A stretch of DNA of 32,000 nt, from contig JARRRI010000006.1 in NCBI GenBank assembly GCA_037380845.1, positions 30,991-62,990 on the forward strand. The letters are read 5' to 3'. This DNA comes from Candidatus Sulfobium sp. Lineage in GTDB: Bacteria; Nitrospirota; Thermodesulfovibrionia; Thermodesulfovibrionales; UBA6898. Position numbers and translations under genes: made by a program. Below the pieces are notes generated by a model that was given only the letters and a program-made list of their open reading frames with translations, was not told where the DNA came from and ran no database searches. Each line of letters opens with the position of its first letter. The stretch's first letter is position 1. This document shows, one piece after another, positions 1-8,702 of the stretch.

Positions 1-354
1 TCGGTACTTCACCCCTCGAAGAAGATACCCAAGACCTACCTGGTGAAGATCAAAGGGGTGCTGGAAGAAGAGGAGATAAACAAGCTGCAGACCGGCATCA
101 GGCTCGACAGGACCGTAACGGCTCCGGCGAAGGTCAAGAGACTGCGGAAGGCCGAACATAATTCCTGGATCGAGATGACTATCTCGGAGGGGAAAAAGAG
201 GCAGATCAGGAGGATGTTGGAAAGGGTCGGCCACCAGGTCATCAGGCTCATGAGAATACGCATAGGCGGACTCGAAATGGGGCCGCTTAAGCCGGGGACT
301 TACAGGCGCCTCAGGCCGGCAGAGATTGAGAAGGTGAGAAGGTATGCCGTGTAA
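1..354 (+). CDS. rluB: Pseudouridine synthase, RsuA/RluB family (N-terminus lies upstream of the window)
   Basis: Frame 1 is open from nt 1. The translation ...HPSKKIPKTYLVKIKGV...ISEGKKRQIRRMLERVGHQVIRLMRIRIG matches the conserved C-terminal core of RluB/RsuA-type synthases. Stop TAA at 352-354. Confidence 0.85.
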   Translation, partial: SVLHPSKKIPKTYLVKIKGVLEEEEINKLQTGIRLDRTVTAPAKVKRLRKAEHNSWIEMTISEGKKRQIRRMLERVGHQVIRLMRIRIGGLEMGPLKPGTYRRLRPAEIEKVRRYAV

Positions 355-395
355 GCAGGAAAGGAGCAAAAAAGCGTCTCATCGAAGGAGGGAGC

Positions 396-2210
396 ATGAT
401 TCGTGATAAAGGGTGTGGAGATATCAGGGAAGAAGACATAGGTTCCTCGAAGACGATTGCCGGCTGGGTCTTCAGACGGCGCGACCACGGAGGGCTTATC
501 TTTGTGGACCTGCGCGACAGAAGCGGTATATGCCAGGTGGTATTCAGTCCCGACGTCGCGGCCGGCGCCCACGCCAGTGCTCACGACATCAGGGCGGAGT
601 ATGTTATATCAATATCGGGGGAGGTGAGGAAGAGACCCGAAGGCACCGAAAACCCCGAGATCCCGACCGGGATGGTTGAAGTATACGCCGATAAACTAGA
701 AGTTCTTAATGAGGCGTCGCCTCTGCCGTTTCCCATGGAAGAGGCAGCGGATGCGGGGGAGGCGCTCAGACTCAAATACCGTTATCTTGATCTGAGAAGG
801 CCCGAGATGCAGAAGAACCTCATGCTGCGCCACCGCATCACTAAGGCGATGAGGGATTACCTTGACGATAAGGGCTTCCTCGAAATAGAGACACCTATGC
901 TTACGAAATCGACCCCGGAGGGTGCCAGGGACTATCTGGTTCCCAGCCGCCTTAATCCGGGCCATTTCTATGCACTGCCGCAGTCACCTCAGCTTTTCAA
1001 GCAGATATTGATGGTGGCCGGGCTTGAGAAGTATTTCCAGATAGTGAAGTGCTTCAGGGATGAAGACCTCAGGGCGGACCGCCAGCCGGAGTTTACCCAG
1101 CTCGACCTCGAGATGTCTTTTGTCGACCGGGAGGACCTCCTCACGCTCATGGAGGGCCTCATGAAACAACTCTTCAAGGCTGTCCTCGATGTCGACATCG
1201 ATACCCCTTTCGCGAGGCTTGCCCATCTTGAGTCCATGGAGCGTTTCGGCAACGACAAGCCGGACACGCGGTTCGGGCTCGAACTGAAGGACATGGCCGA
1301 TCTGGCGGGGAAGGGAAGCTTCAAGGTATTTCTCGACGCCCTCGGCAGCGGGGGGATGGTGAAGGCAATAAACGGCAAGGGGATGGCCGGGCTTTCGAGG
1401 AAGGAGATTGACACACTCACGGCGGAGGCCCAGTCCTTCGGCGCGAAGGGCCTGGCCTGGATAAAGGTGAGGAACGGCTTTGAGTCCCCGATAGTAAAGT
1501 TCTTTCCGGAGGATGTACTGAAAGAAATGGCCGATAGGCTGGAGGCCGAGGACGGCGACCTCATGATGTTTGTGGCAGACAAGACTTCGGTCGTCTACGA
1601 TGTCCTGAGCCGTATGAGGCTCGAACTGGGCAGGAGGCTCAATCTTATCCAGCGGGGTTACAAATTCCTCTGGATCACCGATTTCCCCCTCCTTGAATGG
1701 GACGACGATGAAGGCCGGTTCCAGGCAATGCATCATCCTTTCACGTCACCCATGGACGACGATGTCCGGAAGATGCTCGCCGGCGATGTGAGGGACAGGG
1801 ACGTGCTATCGTCGTTAAGGGCGAAGGCCTACGATATCGTGCTGAACGGCTACGAGATAGGCGGAGGGAGTATCCGTATACACAGGCAGGACGTCCAGAG
1901 GAAGATGTTCGAGGTCCTTAATATCACGGACGAAGATGCCAGGGTAAAATTCGGCTTTCTCCTCGATGCCCTGCAGTACGGCGCCCCGCCGCACGGCGGC
2001 ATCGCGCTGGGCCTCGACAGGCTGGCAATGATAATGTCCGGGACCTCATCCATAAGGGACGTTATAGCTTTCCCCAAGACCCAGAAGGCCTTCTGCATGA
2101 TGTCCGGAGCCCCTTCGACGGTCGACCCAAAACAGCTCAGAGAGCTGCACATAAAATCGGACGTGATCGTAGAGGAAGAGACGAAAGGCCCAGTCTGCGA
2201 CGGGCTGTAA
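396..2210 (+). CDS. aspS: Aspartate--tRNA ligase (bacterial type)
   Basis: 604-aa ORF with an N-terminal OB-fold (GWVFRRRDHGGLIFVDLRDRSG) and class II motifs (FYALPQSPQLFKQ, CFRDEDLRADRQPEFTQLD, GGGSIRIH, GIALGLDRL). SD GGAGGGAG lies upstream of the ATG. Confidence 0.97.
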   Translation: MIRDKGCGDIREEDIGSSKTIAGWVFRRRDHGGLIFVDLRDRSGICQVVFSPDVAAGAHASAHDIRAEYVISISGEVRKRPEGTENPEIPTGMVEVYADKLEVLNEASPLPFPMEEAADAGEALRLKYRYLDLRRPEMQKNLMLRHRITKAMRDYLDDKGFLEIETPMLTKSTPEGARDYLVPSRLNPGHFYALPQSPQLFKQILMVAGLEKYFQIVKCFRDEDLRADRQPEFTQLDLEMSFVDREDLLTLMEGLMKQLFKAVLDVDIDTPFARLAHLESMERFGNDKPDTRFGLELKDMADLAGKGSFKVFLDALGSGGMVKAINGKGMAGLSRKEIDTLTAEAQSFGAKGLAWIKVRNGFESPIVKFFPEDVLKEMADRLEAEDGDLMMFVADKTSVVYDVLSRMRLELGRRLNLIQRGYKFLWITDFPLLEWDDDEGRFQAMHHPFTSPMDDDVRKMLAGDVRDRDVLSSLRAKAYDIVLNGYEIGGGSIRIHRQDVQRKMFEVLNITDEDARVKFGFLLDALQYGAPPHGGIALGLDRLAMIMSGTSSIRDVIAFPKTQKAFCMMSGAPSTVDPKQLRELHIKSDVIVEEETKGPVCDGL

Positions 2211-2216
2211 GGCAAC

Positions 2217-2259
2217 GGACGGCGAGGTGAAGCGGGCAGAGAGGCCGACCTCGCCGTCC
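2217..2259. terminator. GC-rich perfect 12-bp stem-loop between convergent aspS and the repeat-protein gene (possible bidirectional terminator)
   Basis: GGACGGCGAGGT (2217-2228) pairs perfectly with ACCTCGCCGTCC (2248-2259) across a 19-nt loop. There is no flanking U-tract on either strand, so terminator function is uncertain. Confidence 0.4.
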
Positions 2260-2284
2260 GAGCCGTCAAGTCCTTTCCCAGCAG

Positions 2285-3907
2285 TCATTGCGAGCCGACA
2301 GTAAACTCTGTAATCCACAGATAATAATTTGTGAGGCTCTGGTCTCCCGGCGGCATCACGGCAACTCCAAGCAAATACGTCCCCGCGGGAAGATCCGAGA
2401 CCTGTATGGTTCCAAACAGGTCTGCGCCGACCTGACCTGTGGATGCCGGTATCCAGGGTACTAGCCCGGCCGAAATTGGTTGAAGCAGGCCGGTGGACGT
2501 GAATTCATAAATGTTGACCGGATCGATTGACCCGTTATAGAGGAGAAAATAGATATCGACCGGTGATTCAAACCGGCCAACGGCGATATTTATGTCCAGA
2601 GTAGTGCCGCCGGTAGAAACATCACCAACGCCCACAGGTTGCGCCTGCGAAGGGTCAGTGTTGAGAATAGCCAGGGCGGGAGCGGCGTAGGTAAAAGTCT
2701 CCTGCCCGACAGGAAGAGGAATCGCCTCGGCGTAACAAACCTGATTGTTTGCCGCAGAGGTAGCCTGTACAATCGCACTGCTTACCTGCGGTGTTACGGC
2801 TGCTGAAGCAACAACTAAGGTCGTAGTAGCAGGGGTCGAGTTCGTGTCGGCAACCATGAGATCGAGAGTTCCAATTACTGAGGAGCAGTTACTGATATTG
2901 CCGCTGCCGTCAAGCTTGAGTAGCCAGCTGTCACTATCGCCTGCGCCGAAGGAATAACTGAATCCTGCCACAATGGAGCCGCCATCCGAAGTCGGCACGA
3001 TAACATTTGCATAATCGTTGGCGACGCCCCCGTAGGTTTTCTGCCACGAGATATTGCCCGAAGGGTCGAGCTTCATAACCAGGATGTCACTACTGCCCGC
3101 GCCAAAGGATTCGACATCTCCCGCCACCAGGTAACCTCCGTCTGAGGTCTGACCGACACTGTAAGCATCGTCATAGACGGTCCCGCCGTAAGTTTTCTGC
3201 CACGAGATATCGCCCGAAGTGTCAAGCTTCAGGATCCACGCGTCACTATCACCGGCACCAAAGGATTTAGTCCGCCCCGCCACGATGTAACCGCCATCGG
3301 AGGTCTGCTGGATGGCATTAGCATCGTCATAGTCGCTGCCCCCGTAAGTCTTCTGCCATGAGACATTGCCCGAGGGATCCAGCTTCAGGATCCAGATGTC
3401 GCTGTTACCCGCACCGAAGGACTCTGTATCCCCTGCCACGATGTAGCCGCCGTCAGAGTTTTGCTGGATTGCATAGGCGTCATCGTAACTGCTCCCCCCA
3501 TAGGTTTTCTGCCAGGAGATATTGCCCGAGGGATCCAGCTTCAGGATCCACGCGTCACTATCACCGGCACCAAAGGATTTAGTCCGCCCCGCCACGATGT
3601 AACCGCCATCGGAGGTCTGCCGTACGGCATCACCCTCATCATAGTCGCTGCCCCCGTAGGTTTTCTGCCATGAGACATTGCCCGAGGGATCCAGCTTCAG
3701 GATCCAGATGTCGCTGTTACCAGCACCAAAGGACTCTGTATCCCCTGCCACGATGTAGCCGCCGTCGGAGGTCTGCCGAATGGAATAAACATCATCATAG
3801 CCGCTCCCCCCGTAAGTTTTCTGCCATGAGACATTGCCTGAGGGATCGAGCTTCAGGATCCAGATGTCGTTGTCGCCCGCACCGAAGGACACGGTATCCC
3901 CTGCCAC
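2285..3907 (-). CDS. Beta-propeller-type repeat protein (seven 52-aa blades) with a distinct C-terminal beta-rich domain; 5' end apparently truncated
   Basis: The ORF contains seven repeats of the consensus SDGGYIVAGxTxSFGAGxSDxWILKLDPSGNxSWQKTYGGSxYDD. The first in-frame start is a GTG inside blade 1. The repeat-coding frame continues upstream to 4000 and ends at an in-frame TAG (4001-4003). No signal peptide is present. Confidence 0.75.
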   Translation of the reverse strand: MAGDTVSFGAGDNDIWILKLDPSGNVSWQKTYGGSGYDDVYSIRQTSDGGYIVAGDTESFGAGNSDIWILKLDPSGNVSWQKTYGGSDYDEGDAVRQTSDGGYIVAGRTKSFGAGDSDAWILKLDPSGNISWQKTYGGSSYDDAYAIQQNSDGGYIVAGDTESFGAGNSDIWILKLDPSGNVSWQKTYGGSDYDDANAIQQTSDGGYIVAGRTKSFGAGDSDAWILKLDTSGDISWQKTYGGTVYDDAYSVGQTSDGGYLVAGDVESFGAGSSDILVMKLDPSGNISWQKTYGGVANDYANVIVPTSDGGSIVAGFSYSFGAGDSDSWLLKLDGSGNISNCSSVIGTLDLMVADTNSTPATTTLVVASAAVTPQVSSAIVQATSAANNQVCYAEAIPLPVGQETFTYAAPALAILNTDPSQAQPVGVGDVSTGGTTLDINIAVGRFESPVDIYFLLYNGSIDPVNIYEFTSTGLLQPISAGLVPWIPASTGQVGADLFGTIQVSDLPAGTYLLGVAVMPPGDQSLTNYYLWITEFTVGSQ

Positions 3908-3982
3908 GATGTAGCCGCCGTCGGAAGTCTGCCGGACGTCCCAGGCGTCGTCATAGGCGCTCCCGCCGTAAGTGCTTGCCCA
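2891..3982 (-). repeat. Seven tandem 156-bp (52-codon) coding repeats, including a near-identical 312-bp two-unit duplication (3225-3536 vs 3537-3848)
   Basis: The periodicity is visible in the protein. At the DNA level, long stretches are identical at an offset of 312 nt. For example, agcttcaggatccacgcgtcactatcaccggcaccaaaggatttagtccgccccgccacgatgtaaccgccatcggaggtctgc occurs at 3225 and again at 3537. Confidence 0.9.
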
Positions 3983-4216
3983 TTCCTGGGCATGGGCCGG
4001 CTACGGAGGATTCCGGTCTGTGGGTATTACCCCCTTTAATTAACAGGTATCACCGGAGAGGTCTTTTGTCAACAGATTGCATAAAACAGGATGAGAAATA
4101 AAGGATTATCGCGGAAATGCGGATGTCTCTCAACTCTGCAACTCGGCGGTGAAAACATTTGGTGAAGCTTTTCCGGGGCCGAAGTTTAATGCAACAGGTC
4201 CCGGACGAACAGCGGC

Positions 4217-5314
4217 TTATCCCCCAGGCAGGGTGAAATATATAGTGGCGCCTTTGCCGGGTTTCCCTTCGGCCCAGATCCTGCCGCCGTGCTTTTCTAT
4301 TATTCTTTTAGTGATCGAGAGGCCCGCGCCTGTACCCGGGAATACTCTTTCGCCGTGGAGGCGCTGGAAGATTTTGAACAGTTTTCCCGAGTAGTCCATG
4401 TCGAAGCCGACGCCGTTGTCTTTCACCGAATAGATGTTCTCCGCTTCGCCCTTTGTGCCCCTGATCTGGATCAGGGCTGTTTTCTTGGGAACTGTAAACT
4501 TGAGGGCGTTTGAAAGGAGGTTGACAAGGACGGCCCTCATCATCTGTGCATCTCCCCGCGCAGGGGGCAGTTTTCCGATATCGAGCTTCACGGACCGTTC
4601 TCCGGGGTTCGGTGAAACGTCTCCGTAAGCACTCCGGACGAGCGAAGCCATGTCCAGACCTTCCATGACGATTCTTTTCGTTCCTATCTGGGCAAACTGC
4701 ATGAGGTCGGACAGCAGCCGCTCCATCTTGCCCGCCCGGTCAATTATGGTGGAAAGGAGCTTCATGCCTTGCTCATCCAGACACTTTGAGTAATCTTCCA
4801 TCAGGATTTTCGAAAATCCCCCGATAGCGATCAGGGGGGACCGGAGTTCATGGGAGGCGGTATAGCCGAAGGATTCGAGGTCCCTTATGTATTCCTCCCG
4901 CTCCTTCTCCAGTGCCTTGATCTGTGAGATGTCAGTCGCCGTTGTAAGGCAGACGGGATCCGGCCCCTCATCCCCTTCAAACCTGGCGCTCTGAAGGCGG
5001 GCGTATAAGATGTCGCCGTCCTTCTTCTTCATCCTCACGGTGCAGACCACGCGGTCGTGCGATGCCAGGACTTTTCTCTGATGTTCAAGAAAAGTGCCTT
5101 TGCCGGAAGTATGCACGAAAATGGAGAAGGGTTTCCCGATGAGAGCCTGTTTCGTGGCCGAGAGCATTCCAATTGCGGTGTTGTTGGCCAGCTTGATGCG
5201 CCCTTCAAGGTCGAGGACGAAATAGCCTACAGGTGCACGATCGAAGAGCTCTGCATATTTACGCTGTAAATCGGCCAGGTCGATTTGGGTGTTCCGGAGG
5301 TCCTCGTTCTGCAT
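4217..5314 (-). CDS. PAS-domain sensor histidine kinase (coiled-coil linker, PAS, HisKA, HATPase_c)
   Basis: H-box SHELRSPLIAIGGFSKIL, N-box LLSNALKF, G1 VKDNGVGF and G2 GTGAGLSITKRIIEKHGG are present. The N-terminal part has PAS-like sequence (FDRAPVGYFVLDLEGRI). Confidence 0.9.
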   Translation of the reverse strand: MQNEDLRNTQIDLADLQRKYAELFDRAPVGYFVLDLEGRIKLANNTAIGMLSATKQALIGKPFSIFVHTSGKGTFLEHQRKVLASHDRVVCTVRMKKKDGDILYARLQSARFEGDEGPDPVCLTTATDISQIKALEKEREEYIRDLESFGYTASHELRSPLIAIGGFSKILMEDYSKCLDEQGMKLLSTIIDRAGKMERLLSDLMQFAQIGTKRIVMEGLDMASLVRSAYGDVSPNPGERSVKLDIGKLPPARGDAQMMRAVLVNLLSNALKFTVPKKTALIQIRGTKGEAENIYSVKDNGVGFDMDYSGKLFKIFQRLHGERVFPGTGAGLSITKRIIEKHGGRIWAEGKPGKGATIYFTLPGG

Positions 5315-5374
5315 CTCCAGTTCGATCTGGTGGACCTGGAGCTCGTGGAGGATTTTTTCTTCAGATCTTTTTCT

Positions 5375-5383
5375 ATTCTAGCA
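5375..5383 (-). promoter_or_regulatory. Candidate extended -10 element TGcTAGAAT upstream of the kinase gene
   Basis: The minus strand reads cgTGcTAGAAT, about 60 nt upstream of the ATG at 5314. The -35 region is weak (ACATCA). The TAG inside this element is the in-frame stop that ends the upstream coding-like extension. Confidence 0.3.
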
Positions 5384-5611
5384 CGATATTGCCGGTATGA
5401 TGTCGCAGCCCTTCCATTGGCACAGAAGATAAGAGGAACAAAGTTTTTATTTCCCCATAACAGAGGCGGTGCAGGAGGGTTGTGTCGTTTGTCGTTCCTT
5501 TCCACCGGCTCCTTGCATCCCCATTAATCCCTTTTTCCAAGAGGAAATACGGCAACAGCGGTTCATATAATCAGAAAAATCACCCCGTTGCCGGATACCT
5601 CAACCTCAGCC

Positions 5612-8600
5612 TTAACCTGTCTCCTTCTTTTTCTCCGTCACGTCATTTATCGTCAGGAGTATTCTCCGGCTGTCTTTTTGGTCGCCGAATATGACGTTGG
5701 CGTCCAGCATCATCTTTTTGCGGCCTATGTCCTCGAAGTCGTGCTCCACCAAGTAGTTGCAAAGTGTCTTCTTTTCCGGAAGGATCCTTTCCAGAATATC
5801 CTTCAGCGCCGGGATGTCCCACTGCCCGTTACCGAGTTCGTAAACACGCCTGTGCACGGTTTCCTGCGGCGTAGTCTCGAAAACGTTGTAAAAGGCTTCG
5901 TTCGCGAATTCCACCATGAGTTTTTTGTCAAGAAGAAGGATCGGTTCCCTGATACTTTGCACGATACTCCGGAACGTGAGGGCAAATCGCAGTTCATCCT
6001 GGGCATTCTTCTGTTCCGTAATGTCCACGAAAGTAAGCACCGCCCCGTCGATAACGTTTTCACTGGTGCGATAGGGCAGGATCTTGGCAAGATACCATCT
6101 GTTTTTTTCGTGTTTCACAGGTTTTTCCTTTTTTGACAGTTTGGTGATTACCTCTTTGACGTCGGAAACAAGGTTCTGGTACTCGATCCTTGAAGATATA
6201 TCGCGCAGCGGCCTCCCCACATCGGATTGTATGAGGTTTACGATTTCACTTGCCGCCGGAGTAAAACTCTTTATTTTGAGGGAATTGTCGAGGAAGATGG
6301 TGGCTATCTGGGTGCTCGCAAGGAGGTTGTTCATGTCGTTGTTGGCCCGGGAGAGTTCCTCGTTCTTCTCCTGGAGTTCGGAGTTCACCGTGACCAGCTC
6401 TTCGTTTATGGACTGGAGCTCCTCACGCGAGGTCTCCAGTTCCTCGTTCGTACTCTGGAGTTCCTCGTTTGATGACTGAAGTTCCTCGTTCGAAGATTTC
6501 AGCTCTTCGTTGGAGGTCTCCAGCTCCTCGATGGTTGTCTGGAGCCTCTCCTTTGTGGTCTTCAGCTCGTACTCGAGCTCCGACACATGCTTCGTCAGCC
6601 TTTCGGCCTCCCGGCTCTTCGGTGTTCCGGCCTTTTCCGTCTTAGGGGTGGGGACGGGCTTGAATACGACCATGACAAGGCCTTCGAAGTAATCGGGCCT
6701 CTTGATGTAGTGGAGGTCCAGATCTATCGTCTCGAAGCCGCCGTTCGTCTTCACCCTGATTCCTCTGGATGTGACCTTTTCCTTTCTGGAGAATACCTTG
6801 CGAAGGCCTGACATCAGTTCCAGCTTCAGGCCCTCCCGGGCCATCTCGGTGATCCTGAGCGTTGCCTTGCCCGAAGGGGGTTCGAGATACTTTCCGGTTT
6901 TCCCGTAGAAATAAACGATATCTCCTCTTTCGTTGACGATGAGGCAGCAAGGGGAGTATTCGCTCAGGAGCAGGTCTTCCGCAAGCTCGCCGAGACTGAC
7001 GTCCGTATGTAAATCCCGGGGGGAGGGTTCTTTGCTATTCGGCTGCGGTCCGGTCACCGTGCCTGCCTGAAGACCGAACTCGGCCGGAACGGCCCTTTCG
7101 CCCCTCTTGGCCCTGAACATCTTCCATCTCTTGTCCGCGACAGAGAAAAGCTCCGTGAAGTCGCCGATATTCTCCGACGGGCCGAGAAAGAGGACTCCCT
7201 CCTGGTTCAGAGTGTAACGGAGGAGAGGTATTATCTTTCTCTGGAGCTCCGTGCCCATGTAAATCAGGACATTCCGGCAGCTGACGAGGTCGAGCTTGAG
7301 AAAGGGCGGATCTTTAAGAATATTATGGACAGCGAAGACAACCATCTCCCTCAGTTCTCCCCTGACCTTGTAATTACCCCCCTGTTTTAGAAAATACCTT
7401 GCGAGCCTCTCCGGGGAAACATCCGCCGTAATGCTGTCTGTATAGACCCCGGCACGGGCGATCTCTATTGCCCCTGCGTCGATGTCAGTTGCGAATATCT
7501 GGACGGGGAACATCTTCTGGGCCTGTTCCATCGTTTCGCGCACTATGATTGCCAGGGAATACGCCTCTTCACCGGTGGAGCACCCCGGCACCCATATTCT
7601 CAAAGGGTTGTCCTCTGACTTGTTTTGGATTAGCTTCGGCATTATCTCGCTCTTGATAGCGTCGAATGCCTGTGCGTCCCGGAAGAAATTCGTTACCCGG
7701 ATAAGTATTTCCTTCAGGAGCGAGTTTACCTCGTGGGGACTGTTTCGCAGGTAGATGAGATAGTCCTCCATCGCCTGTACCTGGTGCATTGCCATCCGCT
7801 TTTCGATCCTGCGGACTATAGTGTTGGTCTTGTAAAGGGAGAAATCCACGCCTGTCTGCGCCCGTACTATTCCAAGGACCTTCTGGAGAAGGTTCTGGGG
7901 CTGCTCTTTCTCCCTTTCGGGCGGACGGACAACAACCCGGCTGGACTGCCTCACGTAATCCATGAGCTTCTTCGCCATCTTTTCCGGGGGCAGCACGTAA
8001 TCGACTATGCCGGTGCCGATTGCGCTCTCGGGCATTCCTCCGTAAGAGGCGGTGGCAGGGTCCTGGACGAGTGCGAGACCTCCTTCACCCTTGATCGAGC
8101 GCAGCCCCAGTGCCCCTTCGGTCCCTGTGCCGGAGAGGACTATGCCTATGCCGTATACTCCCCTGTCTTCTGCAAGGGAGCGGAAGAAGAAATCTATGGG
8201 GTGGCGCACCCCCCTCTCCTGTTTGAGTTCGAAAAGAAGGAGTTTTCCGTTGCGTATGGCCATCTCCCTGTTGGGAGGAATAATATAGATTGTGTCGGGC
8301 CTCACCTTCATCCCTTCTTCGGCCTGGAAGATATCCATCTTTGTGAAGCGCCTGAGGAGGTCGCCCATCATGCTCTTGTGCCCCGGGTCGAGGTGGGGCA
8401 CGAGGACGAACCCCATCCCGCTGTCGGGAGGCATATGCCGTAGTAACTTTTCCATTGCGTCGAGGCCCCCGGCAGACGCGCCTATACCGATGATATAGAA
8501 ACCGTTTGCGGGCGGGTGTGCCGTCTTCTCGGCGGAAGCGGGAGCGGTCTTCTTCGCCCGGCCTTTTACTCCTGTTGTCGATGACTTCGACGGTTTGGCC

Positions 8601-8674
8601 GGAGCCTTGACGGTCTTGCCGGGAGCCTTCTTTGCCGGCTTGGAAGATTCTTTGCTCTTTTTAGTTTTTGCCAA
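5612..8674 (-). CDS. CheB methylesterase / CheR methyltransferase fusion protein with a coiled coil and two PAS domains
   Basis: 1020-aa ORF. It has a CheB-like domain (IGIGASAGGLDA...VPHLDP), a CheR-like SAM methyltransferase domain (TNFFRD...RIWVPGCSTGEEAYSLAI) and a NEEL-heptad coiled coil, followed by PAS-like sequence. The start is TTG, preceded by GGGGGA 7 nt upstream. Confidence 0.92.
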   Translation of the reverse strand: MAKTKKSKESSKPAKKAPGKTVKAPAKPSKSSTTGVKGRAKKTAPASAEKTAHPPANGFYIIGIGASAGGLDAMEKLLRHMPPDSGMGFVLVPHLDPGHKSMMGDLLRRFTKMDIFQAEEGMKVRPDTIYIIPPNREMAIRNGKLLLFELKQERGVRHPIDFFFRSLAEDRGVYGIGIVLSGTGTEGALGLRSIKGEGGLALVQDPATASYGGMPESAIGTGIVDYVLPPEKMAKKLMDYVRQSSRVVVRPPEREKEQPQNLLQKVLGIVRAQTGVDFSLYKTNTIVRRIEKRMAMHQVQAMEDYLIYLRNSPHEVNSLLKEILIRVTNFFRDAQAFDAIKSEIMPKLIQNKSEDNPLRIWVPGCSTGEEAYSLAIIVRETMEQAQKMFPVQIFATDIDAGAIEIARAGVYTDSITADVSPERLARYFLKQGGNYKVRGELREMVVFAVHNILKDPPFLKLDLVSCRNVLIYMGTELQRKIIPLLRYTLNQEGVLFLGPSENIGDFTELFSVADKRWKMFRAKRGERAVPAEFGLQAGTVTGPQPNSKEPSPRDLHTDVSLGELAEDLLLSEYSPCCLIVNERGDIVYFYGKTGKYLEPPSGKATLRITEMAREGLKLELMSGLRKVFSRKEKVTSRGIRVKTNGGFETIDLDLHYIKRPDYFEGLVMVVFKPVPTPKTEKAGTPKSREAERLTKHVSELEYELKTTKERLQTTIEELETSNEELKSSNEELQSSNEELQSTNEELETSREELQSINEELVTVNSELQEKNEELSRANNDMNNLLASTQIATIFLDNSLKIKSFTPAASEIVNLIQSDVGRPLRDISSRIEYQNLVSDVKEVITKLSKKEKPVKHEKNRWYLAKILPYRTSENVIDGAVLTFVDITEQKNAQDELRFALTFRSIVQSIREPILLLDKKLMVEFANEAFYNVFETTPQETVHRRVYELGNGQWDIPALKDILERILPEKKTLCNYLVEHDFEDIGRKKMMLDANVIFGDQKDSRRILLTINDVTEKKKETG

Positions 8675-8702
8675 GGTTTTGTCCCCCTTAAGTTGTACTC
8701 AT

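Noticed and set aside
984-1736. 250-aa and 197-aa ORFs antisense to aspS
   Set aside because: They sit within a clearly conserved AspRS frame. They have no RBS and no recognisable domain, and their composition is typical of an antisense artefact.
4001-4003. Possible TAG read-through (pyrrolysine or suppression) extending the propeller gene upstream
   Set aside because: Only 11 sense codons (LKGVIPTDRNPP, ending in a TAA) lie upstream in that frame. There is no start codon and no hydrophobic leader, so read-through would not rescue a complete gene.
4149-4394. 81-aa plus-strand ORF overlapping the 3' end of the histidine kinase gene
   Set aside because: It is antisense to the conserved HATPase_c coding region and has no RBS or motif.
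5227-5505. 92-aa minus-strand ORF in the CheB/CheR-kinase gap
   Set aside because: It is out of frame with both neighbours and its sequence is highly basic and low-complexity. Its 3' part is simply an alternative frame of the kinase 5' region.
7733-8443. 236-aa plus-strand ORF inside the CheB/CheR gene
   Set aside because: It is antisense to the conserved CheB domain coding region and has no RBS or motif support.
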